This document shows, piece after piece, positions 24,686-37,862 of a DNA stretch of 64,000 nucleotides. A program made the position numbers and the translations under genes. The DNA is from Marsupella aquatica (lineage: Eukaryota > Plantae > Marchantiophyta): the NCBI GenBank assembly GCA_973895155.1, contig OZ316898.1, forward strand, positions 2,852,480 to 2,916,479. The letters are read 5' to 3'. A model generated the notes under the pieces. It was not told where the DNA came from. It was given only the letters and a program-made list of their open reading frames with translations, and searched no databases. The stretch's first letter is position 1. Each line of letters opens with the position of its first letter.

Positions 24686-27202
24686 GTAATTTTGAATAGT
24701 TGGAGGACAGGAAAATTAAATGCCATAGTAGGGGGCACATGCAGTCATTCCAGAATCTTTGTCAACTGGTCACGGTTTAGTAGTGACTACCACCCAGATT
24801 ACAAAACTCAGGGACAAACAAGCTCAAATGAAATTCCCATCCGAACCTTCCTTCCATCAGAACCTATGAACTCCAATGGGATACCAAGATGCTTTTCTAA
24901 GAAAGCAACTTCTTTCACGCTCATTCTTGCATCTCAATCAAAATGCATGTTTTCATGGATACAACACAAACTTAAGACTCTTTTCTAAAAAGACTGTAAC
25001 AATCTTGGAAGGATTTTGATGAGAAGTTCAACAAGAATCGCTTTACAAATAGATATATAAAATAAATCAATGATAAGTTTATGCTCAGATGGACCATAAT
25101 GTTCTACCTAGGGACTCCAAGAAACCAAACACTTTTGGACACCCAAACAAAATCGTTTGTAAAGGTCTTAATCTAAGTACAGGTTTCAGAATGGTCCATG
25201 TAGGTGTCAAAACTCCATTTGAGCATCATGTTAAAGGATAGTTTGGTTTCAAATAAACGCGGATTTTGATGGACCAATGTCTCCGGGGTCCCAGTTGGTA
25301 GGCTTCGCTGGGAGAGTGGGAGAGGAAAGATGAAGATTATGCCTGAAGAGCCTGGAAGTTTTCAATGCACTAGGGTACCTACAGTACAAGGCATGGAGGA
25401 TAGATGTCTACGAAAGGATGGTAGGTCAAACCTAGTAAAATGAAGTTGCCACTTCACCAAACTATTACACTCATGAGTGACTTTTTCGTTTGTATTTTGT
25501 GAGAGGTTTGACGTGGCTAATGCCTCCACGGTGTAGGAGGGAAAATGTATGGGACCGGCCTAATATTTACTTATAAGTATTTATAATTTTATGGGAAGTC
25601 ATTAGATTTTTTCTTATCAAGGCATCTGTCAGATCTTCACAAATTTGGGCGGACCCAACTGCATCTAAAATGTTCGAATCTTTGGAAAATGATTGTCACC
25701 AAATATTGTCAGTCTTTGTTTATTTCCAAACATTATCTCCTTCGTGATATATAGCATGCTCATGCTGGAACATGCTTGATTTTTTGACTTTCAGTGATCT
25801 GAAAGTCATTTGCACCTATGGAACTTCATTCAAGAAAAATTGGTTAAGAGTCTGTCTCTAGAAGAAGAAATGACCCTCCAGTTTGTTGGGTGGAAAAAAA
25901 GTCACAAGGGCCAACCTCTTGTAAAGCCACTTTAAAATAGTAACTATTATATAAATGCAAGATAATGATCCATGCAATAGGTGTGTGTCTTCCTCAACGT
26001 CATATTCTTGCATGCTCACTCCCCAACTTATTCCTTAGAAAGATTCACATGCATACTGTTTCCCCTTCCATTTCGAAACGCAAAGCGCTGTCGGGCATTA
26101 GTCTCACAACCATGGTTTCGAAATGACGTGTTGTAACCAACCACCCCACCGTTTAAAGCCTGGAGTGCACTGTATGTCTGTATTAGTTAGGTTGGACAAC
26201 GGTACTCTTCTTGCGAGCCTTGCAAGGACTCATATCTAGAACTTTGGAGTGTCATAATTGTTAATATGTTTCATATCATGATTATGATTTAATCTATAAT
26301 ATGTTTGACAAGAAGACTCATTCTTGAGGTAAGAGAATTATAGTGAGCATTCATTATCCTTAGATTGACAAAGGTAGTTAGTTTTAGTATTTCTAGTCAA
26401 AGGAGAACTTTTTGGAGGCTGCTATATGACCCGATATTCTTTGGCTATTTGTCTTATTCAAATTGCTTGCCATGTATTTTTATGTTAATATGGCCTATTC
26501 TATGCTTTTCTATGTATTATTAAGAATTTAGTCATTTCTAAGTTTTTATTAGGTTCCCTATATTTTATTTATCAATTTAAGGGCATTTATCCTTACTTGC
26601 ATGAGAAGTGTAGACGCTTCAACCAGGCAACTAGATTTCTGTTTATTGATGCAATGCTTATATGTCCATTGGTTATAAAGCTTACAATTTTTGGATCACC
26701 ATTACTTAAATAGAGAGCCCCTCCCAATAGAACAGAAAATAAAGTACCAAAGTTAGTGTATTTCTATTTTGATTCACAAAGTACATAGTGTACCTATACA
26801 AATACATTGACATTAATGCACCTGCCTCACCCGTATAATTTTCTCATTAAGTTTCTTATAATCACTGGTCTTTGAATTCGCACTCATGTAGTGTTTGACA
26901 CTTTTCCCTTTATCTTTTTCCTTTGTGACTATTGCACTTGTTTTTCTTTTTCCTTGTTTGGTGTTTGTCCTCTCTGGACAGCTTTTCCTTTGTACTTTGT
27001 TTTTTCCTGACTTATAAATTTTGGTGGAAGTTTACTATTCCTTTCTATACTTGTGTTTCATACACTAGTCAAATTAAGATGTCCATTCACATCACAATTT
27101 TAAAATTAATTAGTTTAATTAATTTAAAAAAATTAAAAATTAAAAATTAAAATGTCCATTCACATCAACTCTTATTTGAAGCTGTGTGCATGTGGAACTT
27201 TA

Positions 27203-27302
27203 ATTTGACAAAGGTAGTTGGTTTCAGGATTTCTAATTTGACAAAGGTAGTTGGTTTCAGGAATTCAATTTGACAAAGGTAGTTGGTTTCAGGATTTCTA
27301 AT
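27203..27302. repeat. Tandem repeat of about 33 bp, three copies
   Basis: aatttgacaaaggtagttggtttcagga occurs three times; a related copy lies near 26364. Confidence 0.9.
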
Positions 27303-27304
27303 TA

Positions 27305-27550
27305 TTTTGGGGGACCCTCCTATGCAGTTTAGTCAGGAGCTTGAGCAGGCTTTTCAGGTTGCGGGTCAGTAGGGCTCTAGTACTTGTTCTTTGGCAATGT
27401 TTGACACTCTTTGGCTTTATGGATCTTGGGCTTGTCGGCTCTTCAGTTGTCAGGTTTCTTTCCTTTGTTTTTTTCCCCTTTACTGCATTTTGTCCGTGGT
27501 ATCCGGTCTCCCCTTGGATCCGTTTGGTCTTTGGAGTCTTTTATATAATT
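27305..27550 (+). mobile_element. LINE-like tail of the same family
   Basis: gaccctcctatgcagtttagtcaggagcttgagcagg (DPPMQFSQELEQA) followed by a T-rich tail. Confidence 0.45.
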
Positions 27551-28299
27551 GGATCGTGAAGTGACGTGGTGACTATGACGGGGCGTGCGATGGATTGCAG
27601 TGGGAAAATTATGATTGATCATGCAGTTAGGCACCATATAAGAACCATGTGGACGGAGCCTATGTAGGGGGCTTAGTTTGTAACAACATTTTTGCGGGGG
27701 CCTAGTTTGTAACAAAAGTTTTGTAGAGGCCTGTCACGTAAATTTGTTTTAGCAAGGGTCCCATCAAGCATATACCTCCAAGTGTGTTGTGGTCTTTTGA
27801 AGCCTTGAACATAATCATACATCAAAATGTGGAAATAGAAGGTGTACACTCACTAATTTAAAGAAAAATAATGGGGTCTATCATGATATGAAGTGATGTT
27901 GTACATCATATATGTCATATTTTGATGTGTAATTCTGCTAGGTATGGAAACATGATGGGCAGGAGAACCCCCTTGCAGGTTTTTCTTTTTCCCAGGGTGG
28001 CACCTTTGTGTTACAAGAGAAGATGCTAAGAATATTCCTCACTATATTTATTTCTGACTATTATGCTTCTCTAGATTTGAGGTAAACCCGAGGGTAAACC
28101 GTCAAGCTAGCTAATGGAGTCTGGCTGGGTTGGAAACTGGCTAATTGAAGACAAAAGGGCTGACAATTTTTTGTCAAAAGTTGCCAAGACTTTTCAGCAA
28201 GGTGGAAATGGGCAAATGTTGGCCTCTAAAAAAATCGCTGCTGATAGGATGAAGCCCAATCAAACAAGTCACCAACACCAGTAACCTTTATTATTTCAC

Positions 28300-31200
28300 C
28301 CAGTTGATATCATAAAATAGTCAAGAACCTAAACAAAAATTATGATTGTCTTCAAATATTCAAGATCCTCTCCCATCTGATGTGAACAAGTATACTACTA
28401 TCATCACACTAGTGATACAACACAGGATTCATTATCATCCTTGAAAACACTACTTGCTGTATTCTTTACAAAATTGAGATTGTGAACCGGAAAACTCCTT
28501 TTTGACTGCACATTCATCGCATTCATCCATGTAGGAAGATATAATTGTTTCATAATATATGACATACAACACATATGTGAAGGAACATCTCCTAGAATGG
28601 CATTGGGTTCCCCTCAAATAGGCTCTTTGCTGATTGCTTCTAATGCTTTATTTGTTGCCTGTTACTAAACCAGATCTCTGAGCATCACCATCCATTCCTT
28701 AGATCTAGAACCATACACTTAAATTACCATGGATATCCCAAAGCCATTTGTAAAAGCACCACATTCCATGCTCTGCTAATTCTAACAATGGGCCCATGCT
28801 TGGCTAATTCATGTGTGACAATCTATGAGAGATGATCCATGCTAGACCACTTTTAATTAGCAGCAGGTCTACTACACTCAACATAATTTAGTAACAGACC
28901 CATGCTGAATTAAGACTAGCAGCATGGAGATCGACAACCTGAAAATTATATATGGTTCATCCATGGTTTGTGTCATCAGCATGAGCAAGAGCTCTTAAGG
29001 ACTAAATCTCCTCAACTCAAGTCAGACATATAGGACTGCTAACATCAGCACTGATCATTCTTACTGCTCCAGGGATCTGTCTCAAACTAAGGTAGTAATT
29101 GCTACAAAGTGAGTTAGCAACACACTCTTTTAGTCCAAATATAAACATGTGCCCCAATGTTTCAGCGGTTATGCTCAGCTGCAGTATTACCTTATTGTGT
29201 TATGCCAGGTACTACCTTATTTATTCAATTTTGTTGAGACCCAGTAACCTTTGTAATTATTCCAATTGATGCCACTTCCAACTCTCCCTGAAATCATGAC
29301 AATGTCAGATGCTGCTTTCATTGATTAATGGTGGGTAGATTTTCGCTTAAAATGAACACTGATCTAACCTTCTGAAGCTCCTGATGGGAGCGAGTAATAT
29401 TTTATTGCCCAAAGCTTGAAATTAGGTGCTCATCTAGACAGTAGAATTACAGTAGCTGTAAGCACGTTAACCATGTCACAGATTGATCTGTCTAAAGAAG
29501 GACAATCTATAACAAGAGTACTGGTCAATCTCCAACCTTTTACAAAAAAGGGTTTCCAATCACATGTAATGCCGACGATTCCAAGTGCAGGGTGTACTCA
29601 GGCGGTAATTGTCCAATTCATTGTCCCTCTCTCTTTGAATCTTTTGCCAGGCAGCCTTGTCAGCAGCAATCTGTGAAAGAGTTCAAGATTGTAAACACTA
29701 TAACCTTTCATTGAAAGATACTGCTCACTTGCACTTATAACAACCACCATGGAATGAACTAGTTTGCTGTACATATCCAGGACTTCATTAAATTTCTTAA
29801 TTTCCATGGGAGTCTACAATGACTTAGGATAGAAAAAATAGAGAAGAGAATTGTAGCTAGGTTATCTGACCAGTAAGGAACTGGTGCAGTTTTAAGATAT
29901 CTAACCAAACACAAGCACATTAGCTGATCTCAAGTTGGAGAATGTTTGTCAAGCTCCAGACCTGCATGTTTTCGAACATGATCTCTTTCATGTACTCTTT
30001 TCTTGCTGATTCTCTTGAAGACTCCCCTTCGATCGAGTGAGGTCCGACAAACCTGAGACAATTGATGACAAGTTTTCAAGAGCTTGCTCAAATGGATCAA
30101 AGGATCACTACAACTCTAGCTTAGGAGCTTGCACTTTGCTTTGTAGTGAAAATGTTGTGTATGATAATAGCACTTCTCCCATGACAAATTTAGAATGGAA
30201 ACAAACCTGCGGATGTATTCATTGTAGCAGTATTCCTTGACCTCTACTTCACTCTCTTTCTGGTGCTGTCTCTCTTTCTCCTCTAGTTGCTCTTCCATAA
30301 TCTCTCTCCACTTTTGTCTGCACAAATGTAGGAAATTCAATTAGTTGAACCAGCTCCAATGATTGTTTAATTTGACCTGGGATGTCTAATCCTTCTGAAA
30401 CATTGCACAGAGTCTCTACATCCCGTATTATCCATATGCCACTCACTAATTGATAATTTGTCAATTTTCATGTAATTTGCTCAAAACCCTTGTAGATACA
30501 TTCCTGATTTAAAGTAATGTCCTTGTTTTGTTTCTTGTGTGTAACAAAAAATCATTGGCATTCACATAGCCCAGCTGTCGGTTGGCCCACATACTAAAAC
30601 TAAGCGAAGCTTTTGAGGTCTAGAAAAACCTCAAAAGTGATTCTTTATTGCCTGATTAGCCGGCTGATTAGCAGTGCAAGAGAAAAACATACAAAATAGG
30701 TAGTGGTCATGAGCATGGGAGCTAAAAGAATTTCATAAATAGTGTGGACAAGGACTATCTCAAAAGCTGGACATGGAAGGGTTAGAGAAAGTAACTCGGG
30801 TACTAGGCACATCACAAACAAAATAATCTCCTTACCAATAATTAGCGCAAGGGAAAGGATGAGGGTGGCACAGCTGTAGATCATTCAAGTGGAAACATCA
30901 AGTGAAATTTCATCATTGGCTGGATTTGTGTGCCGGGAGAAGAAACTGCCTAACCTAAATTTGAAGTCAGGCTAGCAGAAACATAGCCTGACCAAAAGCA
31001 CGGCCAAAAAATAACGTAAGAGATTTCTGTCTTCTCATTTCCCTTGACTGCTGGAGGTGGCGAGTGACAGCATGCCACTGAACGATGGAAGACAATCAAA
31101 GATACATACTGTGACTCCTGCACCACTTCACGTTTAGGGGACACAATATTGCGCACAAATGTCTCCTTGTCTTGATAACTTTGCTGCTTTAGTCTGAGTT

Positions 31201-34200
31201 CAGACATTTCTGCATTATATTCTATGTCAATGTTCTGCACATCATGCAATGGAACATTGTCATCAAATAATTTATGAATCTTGACATATCAATAAAAATG
31301 AACAAGAACCTCAACTATGATAGGCCAAGTGAAGGAGCCCGAACTGACTTCTACTCCCTTAAGAGGTTCTATACAGATTGCATGTATGGCCCTGTCAGAC
31401 GGTGTCAAATTTCAAGCTAGGCATCACTGAAAATTGACAGCCGTTGGTTCTATTGTAGAAGATCCAAAACAAGAAGGAACAAATGATTTTTGATTTACAT
31501 ATTTTATTTTCATGAAATTTTGCTTTTGCCAGGGATCTGGTAAGTTATGAAATCATAGCTATACGGTATTTGACTGTTTGAGCTAATTTTCTAGGCATTA
31601 ACTATTGCAGCTCGTGATTGTCACAGAGTCTTGTCTTGCTGGGCGTCTTAGAGTCTTGTCTTGCTGGGCGTCTTTGTGTTGGCACTGCACATGTTGGAGA
31701 CTAACCCTAATATTCATTGTCTTGCCTTAGAGTCTTTTGAATAATTTGATGGAAGCAATGCAATCATTCAGACCCTAAAACATTTTATTTTGGTGTTCTT
31801 CATTGGAGCCCATGTTGCATGGTCTGAAACAAATCCAATCATTTGTGTTCTGTACAATAAGTGAGGAACAAGTGCATTAAATACAGGTAAGTTGGTCCTA
31901 CTCTAGATTTTTATGTTATGAAAAGAGTTCATGTTGTTTCTAATGCATTAAGGGTGCTGATCTAGATTGAGATGCATAAATACTATATAAGTAATTTTGG
32001 ACTTGTCCTTTGTGGAGTGTTGTCTTAGATGTGGCCATGGTTGGCGGCTGGAATGTGGAAGTGGTCTTCTTTCTTTGTACACTTTTTTAGCTTTTCATGA
32101 GGAGATTCTCACTTGGGGAAGACTATCTTGAACATGTGACATGGAATGGGGACGATGCATTACTAAACAATAGTAGAGGTTTTTTCTTTACCTCTTGATT
32201 CTTCTTGGAGGGTGGTTGTTTCCTTCTATTGATTATGCTCTGCCGGTTATACATCTTCTTAAATATTATGTCTTGAGAAGTTGAGAGGTCCTTGCCACAC
32301 TAACCAATGTTGGTCTCCTTACTGTTGGTATGGACAGGGGGGGCATGCTTAGCAATTCAATCCAATGGACGCGTTACTTGGGATTGACCAAAAGAGTTCT
32401 CATGATGCAGGTTGAGAAGTCCTCCGATGGCGCGAGTCCACCCATGTTTGTGAATTAGTCTCCTCCAGAATTGCTTCCTCTGTTCTCCTTCTCATGATAA
32501 ATCGTGTCTCAAGATTTGTTGGAGAAGGGTTTTTGAGCAGGATTAGCAGGTCTGGGAGACACTAAATTTTGGATTTCATCATGGGTTCATGATGAAATCC
32601 CCAAATTATAGCTCCAAAAGGGACACAAGAACGCTTAACATCTCCCGGGGCAGTATAAATGTCCAGTTGTCTAACGTTTCCCCAATGAGCATTACAATTC
32701 ATTAGGGTAGTACACAACTTACAGAATGCAAGAGACCAATCATGGGCCGGGTTTTCCGTTCTCTTAGGTCGATCCTACTTCAGAACCTATGATTACACAA
32801 GTGTGTGAGTGTGTTCACATGGGGCCTATGGTGTGCTGCAATTCAGATCTTAGGATGCACGAGACCCAGGAAGGGTGTGGGTATATTCATTGCCCTTCAG
32901 GAGAGGGCTGACAGGAATGCAATGGATGTTAGGGAAAATCCCTGCTGTCCTTTCTCCTTGTTGCCCTGTCTGCCTGCAACACAGAGCTGGTGTTGTTGAG
33001 TAAAGTGACCCTAAATTCCCATTCTCCCTATGCCTCTTTCCAAGTGAGGACATTGTTTGCTGTTGCTTGGACATTGAAATTTGTGTGGCTCATGCTCACC
33101 ACAAACAACGAGATCAGTTTTTGCTAGCAAGAACCCTCTATTTTGCAGGTCAATTTGGGTTGAGAGCAAAGTTTGTCACCTTTGCTCTGTTGGTGGTGTT
33201 GGTTCAAGCTCTACTTTAGCTGAAGTGGTATATGATCTGAAGCATGTTTTCTCCTGATGTGTCATGCTTCTGTGCTCTAGCAGAAATTTTCCATGAGCAC
33301 CTGCTATGCTGTTTGGATATGTGTAGTACTAGTGTGGATGAACTCATCAACTGTATATAAGATCAATTTCCTCAGTCTGTATGTCTACCTTCATTCAGAG
33401 CACCATAATACACTTGAAGGAACTGATCAACTAACAGTATTGCACTTCAATAGACATATCAACTGGCATTTCAACAAATCCATGAACTAGAATTTCAACC
33501 AACCCAACAACCAGAACAACACCAGCAATTTATAAAAACACATCGAAGGGTTTCAACAAGCCCATCGCCTACTTGAATTTCAACCAACCCAGCAACCAGA
33601 GCAACACCAACAATTCAACAAACAAATCAAAGGGTTTCAACAATCCCATCACCTACTGGTACTGTCCAATTTCAACAACCCTACAACTATAATGGAGCGG
33701 CCCAATTTCAATAACCCTACAACTACAGTAGAGTATTTTGTAAGCATTACTGACTAAACCACTTTTGGATGAATTAGTTACCTTAAAAAATACTCTCTCA
33801 AAACAGAATTCCCAGAAACTGATGGTGACAAGCACACCGGGCTCACTCCAACCCTTTGCCGGGCTCCCCAGCAAGAAGTGCACTGGCCTGGTAAGTCCTC
33901 CCTGGCACATGTTGAGTCCCTCAGAAAACTTAAGGAGAGTGACATAATTATGCTCAGTTACCTCAACCATGAGAACATGCCTCGTCTCCAGTCTCACCCC
34001 TGTGTACAATACAAGGGCATTACAAGTTTCACCTTCACTCCCAACTTCACTTTCAGGCAGAATTGAAGACACTCTCGATGCCAGAGTTCACGGAAAATTT
34101 GGACATGACTTGTCACCTTACCCTTCAATCTGCAAATTAGTACACCCTCCTTGTGAATGTTGCTTTGTATTTTCGTTGAAGGTTTAATAATATTCACTTG

Positions 34201-34760
34201 TTTGGTTTTGGTAACCCATCTCCTGTTTGAGGGCCATGAGTGGCCTGTAACCCCCTTAGGCTGATGGCTCTTGGAAATTATAGCCCCCTCAAGGGCATAG
34301 ATTACCTTACACATCCTTCAAACCCAGCGAATTTCCATTCACACAACCCATCATTGACCCTTTAGTCTCCGTACTGTCCCTTTGCTGTCATTATATTCTT
34401 GTTATCAATTCTTTAGCACACTTCATATCTAGCTACCGAATAAAAACTAATAACAGAGAAATAGATCATAGGAAAGACTTCAGAATGGAGAAAATGAGAG
34501 ATTGAAGATGGTGTTCAAGCTTGAGTATCTCAAATCAAGGGCAGTTCTTGCAACATAATTAAAAGCTGTCTTGCATATTTATGGATGGGCCTTAAACACA
34601 TGATCTTAATTTGCTGTGAAGTGTCAGTTGATGATGTACTTTCAGTCTTCTCCATCTCCTTTAGTTACTGTAGCTCTAATACCAAGAGAAAGAATTCAGT
34701 CTTCCATTCCTACTAGAGTCTCCAAAGAGAATCTAAGTGACTCTTCCATTCCTTGAAGAA
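28300..34760 (-). pseudogene. Degenerate multi-exon gene relic of unknown family, with a coiled-coil-like segment
   Basis: Exon-like blocks bounded by AG/GT, e.g. about 31112-31234 (NIDIEYNAEMSELRLKQQ...), 30208-30317 (QKWREIMEEQLEEKERQHQKE...), 29962-30113, 29750-29813 and 29368-29670 (IAADKAAWQKIQRERDNELDNYR...). Many stops are consistent with C>T changes. Boundaries are approximate. Confidence 0.5.
33490..33725. repeat. Diverged tandem repeat (about 85-bp units plus short aatttcaac-type subrepeats)
   Basis: aatttcaaccaaccca.caaccaga.caacacca.caatt...aagggtttcaacaa.cccatc.cctact occurs twice. Confidence 0.75.
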
Positions 34761-35839
34761 GTACACTAAAAAGACTTACTAATGCTACTAGGGTCACAAA
34801 GAGAATCATTTTTGAACATTCACTGTGTGACAAGGGCACAATATCAGGAGGATTGAAGGAGCATGTGAGACATGCAAGAAGGGTCTTAGTCACCCGCACA
34901 ATGAGACAACGTAGAAATTAGTAAACTAGCAAGACTAGGAAGGCATGCAACACAATTGCAGGCAATCATCAACATCATTCTAGTGGAGATAAAGGGAGTA
35001 CAAGAGTAGGAGGGTGAATGTCTATGTCACATTGCCAAATGCCAAAGAACAAAAGTGGCCAACTAAGAGACACCATCCCATAGGTAAAAGACCCAATAAT
35101 GGGAGGACAAAAGGGAAGGTGATGGCAGCATGTGGCGAAGGATTGAAGGAGCAAGTATTTAAGGAGCAACTCGAATTCTTAAGCCTTTGAAAGTTCAACC
35201 ATTGTAGCTTTGGCATCTTTTTCCCTCCTCTGCAAAAGCCTTAAACTGCCACTGTACCCACACGGTACAACAATGGGAGGCCAAAAGAGGCCTTTTTCAC
35301 CCCTTCTTAAATTTTGTTAAGAATATTTTTGACTAATTACTGTGACCTGGATCTACCGGTGTTGTGAAGTTCCAGTCACGCGGACACCAGGTTTTGCTTT
35401 GGGGACTGTAGCCGTTTGAATTTAGCTTTAATTTTAGCTTTAAATGCCTCTTTGCTATTTGCTGCCAGCTACATCCAAATTGTTGGTGTATGCTTATGTA
35501 CCTCAGCATACTAATACATACAATACTTTGTGTGGGTTAGAAATTTGTACGTGTGGACCTCTCACTAGTATGGGTTGTACAATCCACACTAATTTGGTAA
35601 AATTGAAATAAATATGCTTAGTGTAGACCAATGCATGTGTCTAAATCTATTTCCATCTATAAGTTGAGAGCTCCTCTAGCTGGACACAATGGATGCAAAT
35701 GGAAATAGATTTAGACACATCCACTTCTATAGATGTTGTACAGGTTAAGTGTAGGACTTGGCTTAAAATGACAAGCAATCAATTGATCTTTAATGTTTCC
35801 ACCATAATTACTCGATGACGGGTAAACGGTTGCTTTGCT

Positions 35840-36411
35840 CGCCTTAAACCTTTGGCAGGCTATCATACACTGGACAGCTATGGAAGACCTTGGGAGCTGG
35901 TGCATGAGAACTTTATCTTTTGTCCTGAAATGGGCTACATTCCTGGCCGCTGGGGCGTCGAGGATACATTGAGATGCATGGAGGGCTTTTACGATCTGCC
36001 TGAGAAAAACATCTTGGAGATTACTAAGGTCTTCGGTCGTTTGGGGATTAGGAAGATTGGTGATTCCTGGTCTTATGTTGAGAATTCCTGGAAGATCACC
36101 AAAGAGAGGATTCGGTGGCTAAGGGGGCTTACAACTGTGAACCTGACATTGTGCTTATCTTTCTATCAAGATTCAGGACCTGGTCCTTAGTTGCATTGAA
36201 GACACACCTGGATCTAATTGGGCCTTTCGGTGCCCTTCTAGTGACTCAAGGATTAGGTTGGAATATATTAGGATTCGATGTACCATGCTTGGTACCCATG
36301 AGGGGATCTGCTAGTTAAGTTCTGTATGGGGGCAAGATAGTCTTGCATAGATTATGTGGCTATCATTTTTGATGATCTGCCTCATATTTTCTGATAGATC
36401 CGGGTAGTTTT
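35840..36411 (+). mobile_element. Degenerate LINE ORF2 C-terminal fragment; target site of copia element 1
   Basis: ORF 35852-36190 contains LGIRKIGDSW..ENSWK, resembling the post-RT GIxxxxDxW motif of plant L1-like LINEs. Confidence 0.4.
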
Positions 36412-36756
36412 TGTTAGGATTTACTCTTAGGTCTAGAGTTACGACTGTACCAGAGTTAAGGCTAACCTTAGTCACAGACTTGGTTAGGTTAGTCATGTTA
36501 TACATACTCTATAACCAAGCGGTGTTTGCTTGGAGAGTGGGAACTAAGGCTCATTGTTACAGAGCTAGTTGAGGGATAGAGAGAGTTTGCATTGTGGATG
36601 CTTGGTATGGCCAGTTGGCCTAGAGTGCAGTAAAGCTCATGTGTGTTCCTGTGGACGTAGCCTCATATGGAGGTGAACCACGTATCTCTTTGTGTCGACT
36701 CTTGTGCGTTGGATGGTTCATGGGCTTGCCGTTGCGATTGTCGTCTATGCTCAACA
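36412..36756 (+). repeat. 5' LTR of copia element 1
   Basis: Direct repeat of 43973-44290, followed by a tRNA-iMet PBS. Confidence 0.95.
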
Positions 36757-37498
36757 ATTGGTATCAGAGCATGTCTGGGAGGTGACAAGGTTTTATTGTG
36801 ACGGTTTTATCCAGCGTTCATTGTTGGTGTTGCATTTGGAGTTACGTTGCATGAAACTCGAACGTGTGTGGCTGAGCGGATACATTAGTGAGAGGGCTTT
36901 CTATCGGTGTATAGAACTCATTGGTTGGTATCCGTGGTGTGGAGGAATTGGAGTTTGCGTCATTCTGAAGTTTCTCATATTTGATGGTTTTTTGGGGGAG
37001 AGACCAGAGTTCGTGTTTTCAACGGTGTGAGCTTTGCGGCGCATGAGGCGTTGCATGTTGTAGCTCAAGTTGAAGACTGAAGCAAGCTGATTGTTTTAGT
37101 AGCTGAGTTGCTGCCGAGTGGTTACCGAGTGCGTCGTGACGAGTGAAGGAGGCGTTTAGATTTTTTCACAGGCCATGGAGCTTGTTCCCATCTGAACCGG
37201 ATTTCTCATCGTGACATCCAACTCGGAGGAAGAAACATGAAGTGCTTAGGCTCAACGGTTTGATCATGGCAAAGCGGTCATTTTGAGTCCTGAATTGGCA
37301 CTTGAGACGGAGTGAGCGTGACACGGTGGAAGTTCTTCCCTCTACTTAGCTAGCAGACTGTGCCGACAAAATTTGGCAACTTTTCCTGTCAGTGGTCATC
37401 AGTTTTACTCCTGGAATCGGTGGCAGCGAGGTGAGTAACTAGTAATTTTTCCCTTAAAATGGCAATTTTTCTAGGTTACTTTAGAGCCAATTTTTTGG

Positions 37499-37531
37499 TA
37501 AACCCTAAACCCTAAACCCTAAACCCTAAAC
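37499..37531. repeat. Interstitial plant telomeric repeat (CCCTAAA)4 in the retrotransposon leader
   Basis: taaaccctaaaccctaaaccctaaaccctaaac. Confidence 0.92.
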
Positions 37532-37862
37532 GTAGCCATTATTTTTCTTTGTACGCGTCTCACGATTGCAATACGCCCGGCCTCTATACATGTTTTTTCC
37601 TTAAGGGGCCTTTAAAACCCCTTTAGGCCTAATTTTTTCTTTTTCTCTCGGCTTCTCTAATTGGTCATCCAGGATCCTGTGACCCCCGGATTTCAAAGCT
37701 TGGAAAGGGGAATGGCCCCTATGAGACAAGCGATACTGTACAAAGAATATTCCCCCAAAAAACAAAGAGCTGTTTGTCGGCCGTCCGGCAAAGATTTTGT
37801 GCGCCAAACGGTAATTTTTTTGGTTATTTTTTGGCAAGGTCGTAGCCATTGAGGTTAGCAAC

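Noticed and set aside
25848-25915. Dispersed repeat of about 70 bp, also at about 3000-3057 and 7080-7143
   Set aside because: The similarity is real but too short and decayed to classify; probably an ordinary TE fragment.
27203-27302. Short direct repeats considered as a CRISPR-like array (also 38730-39090)
   Set aside because: Head-to-tail repeats without unique spacers, in a eukaryotic context with no cas genes.
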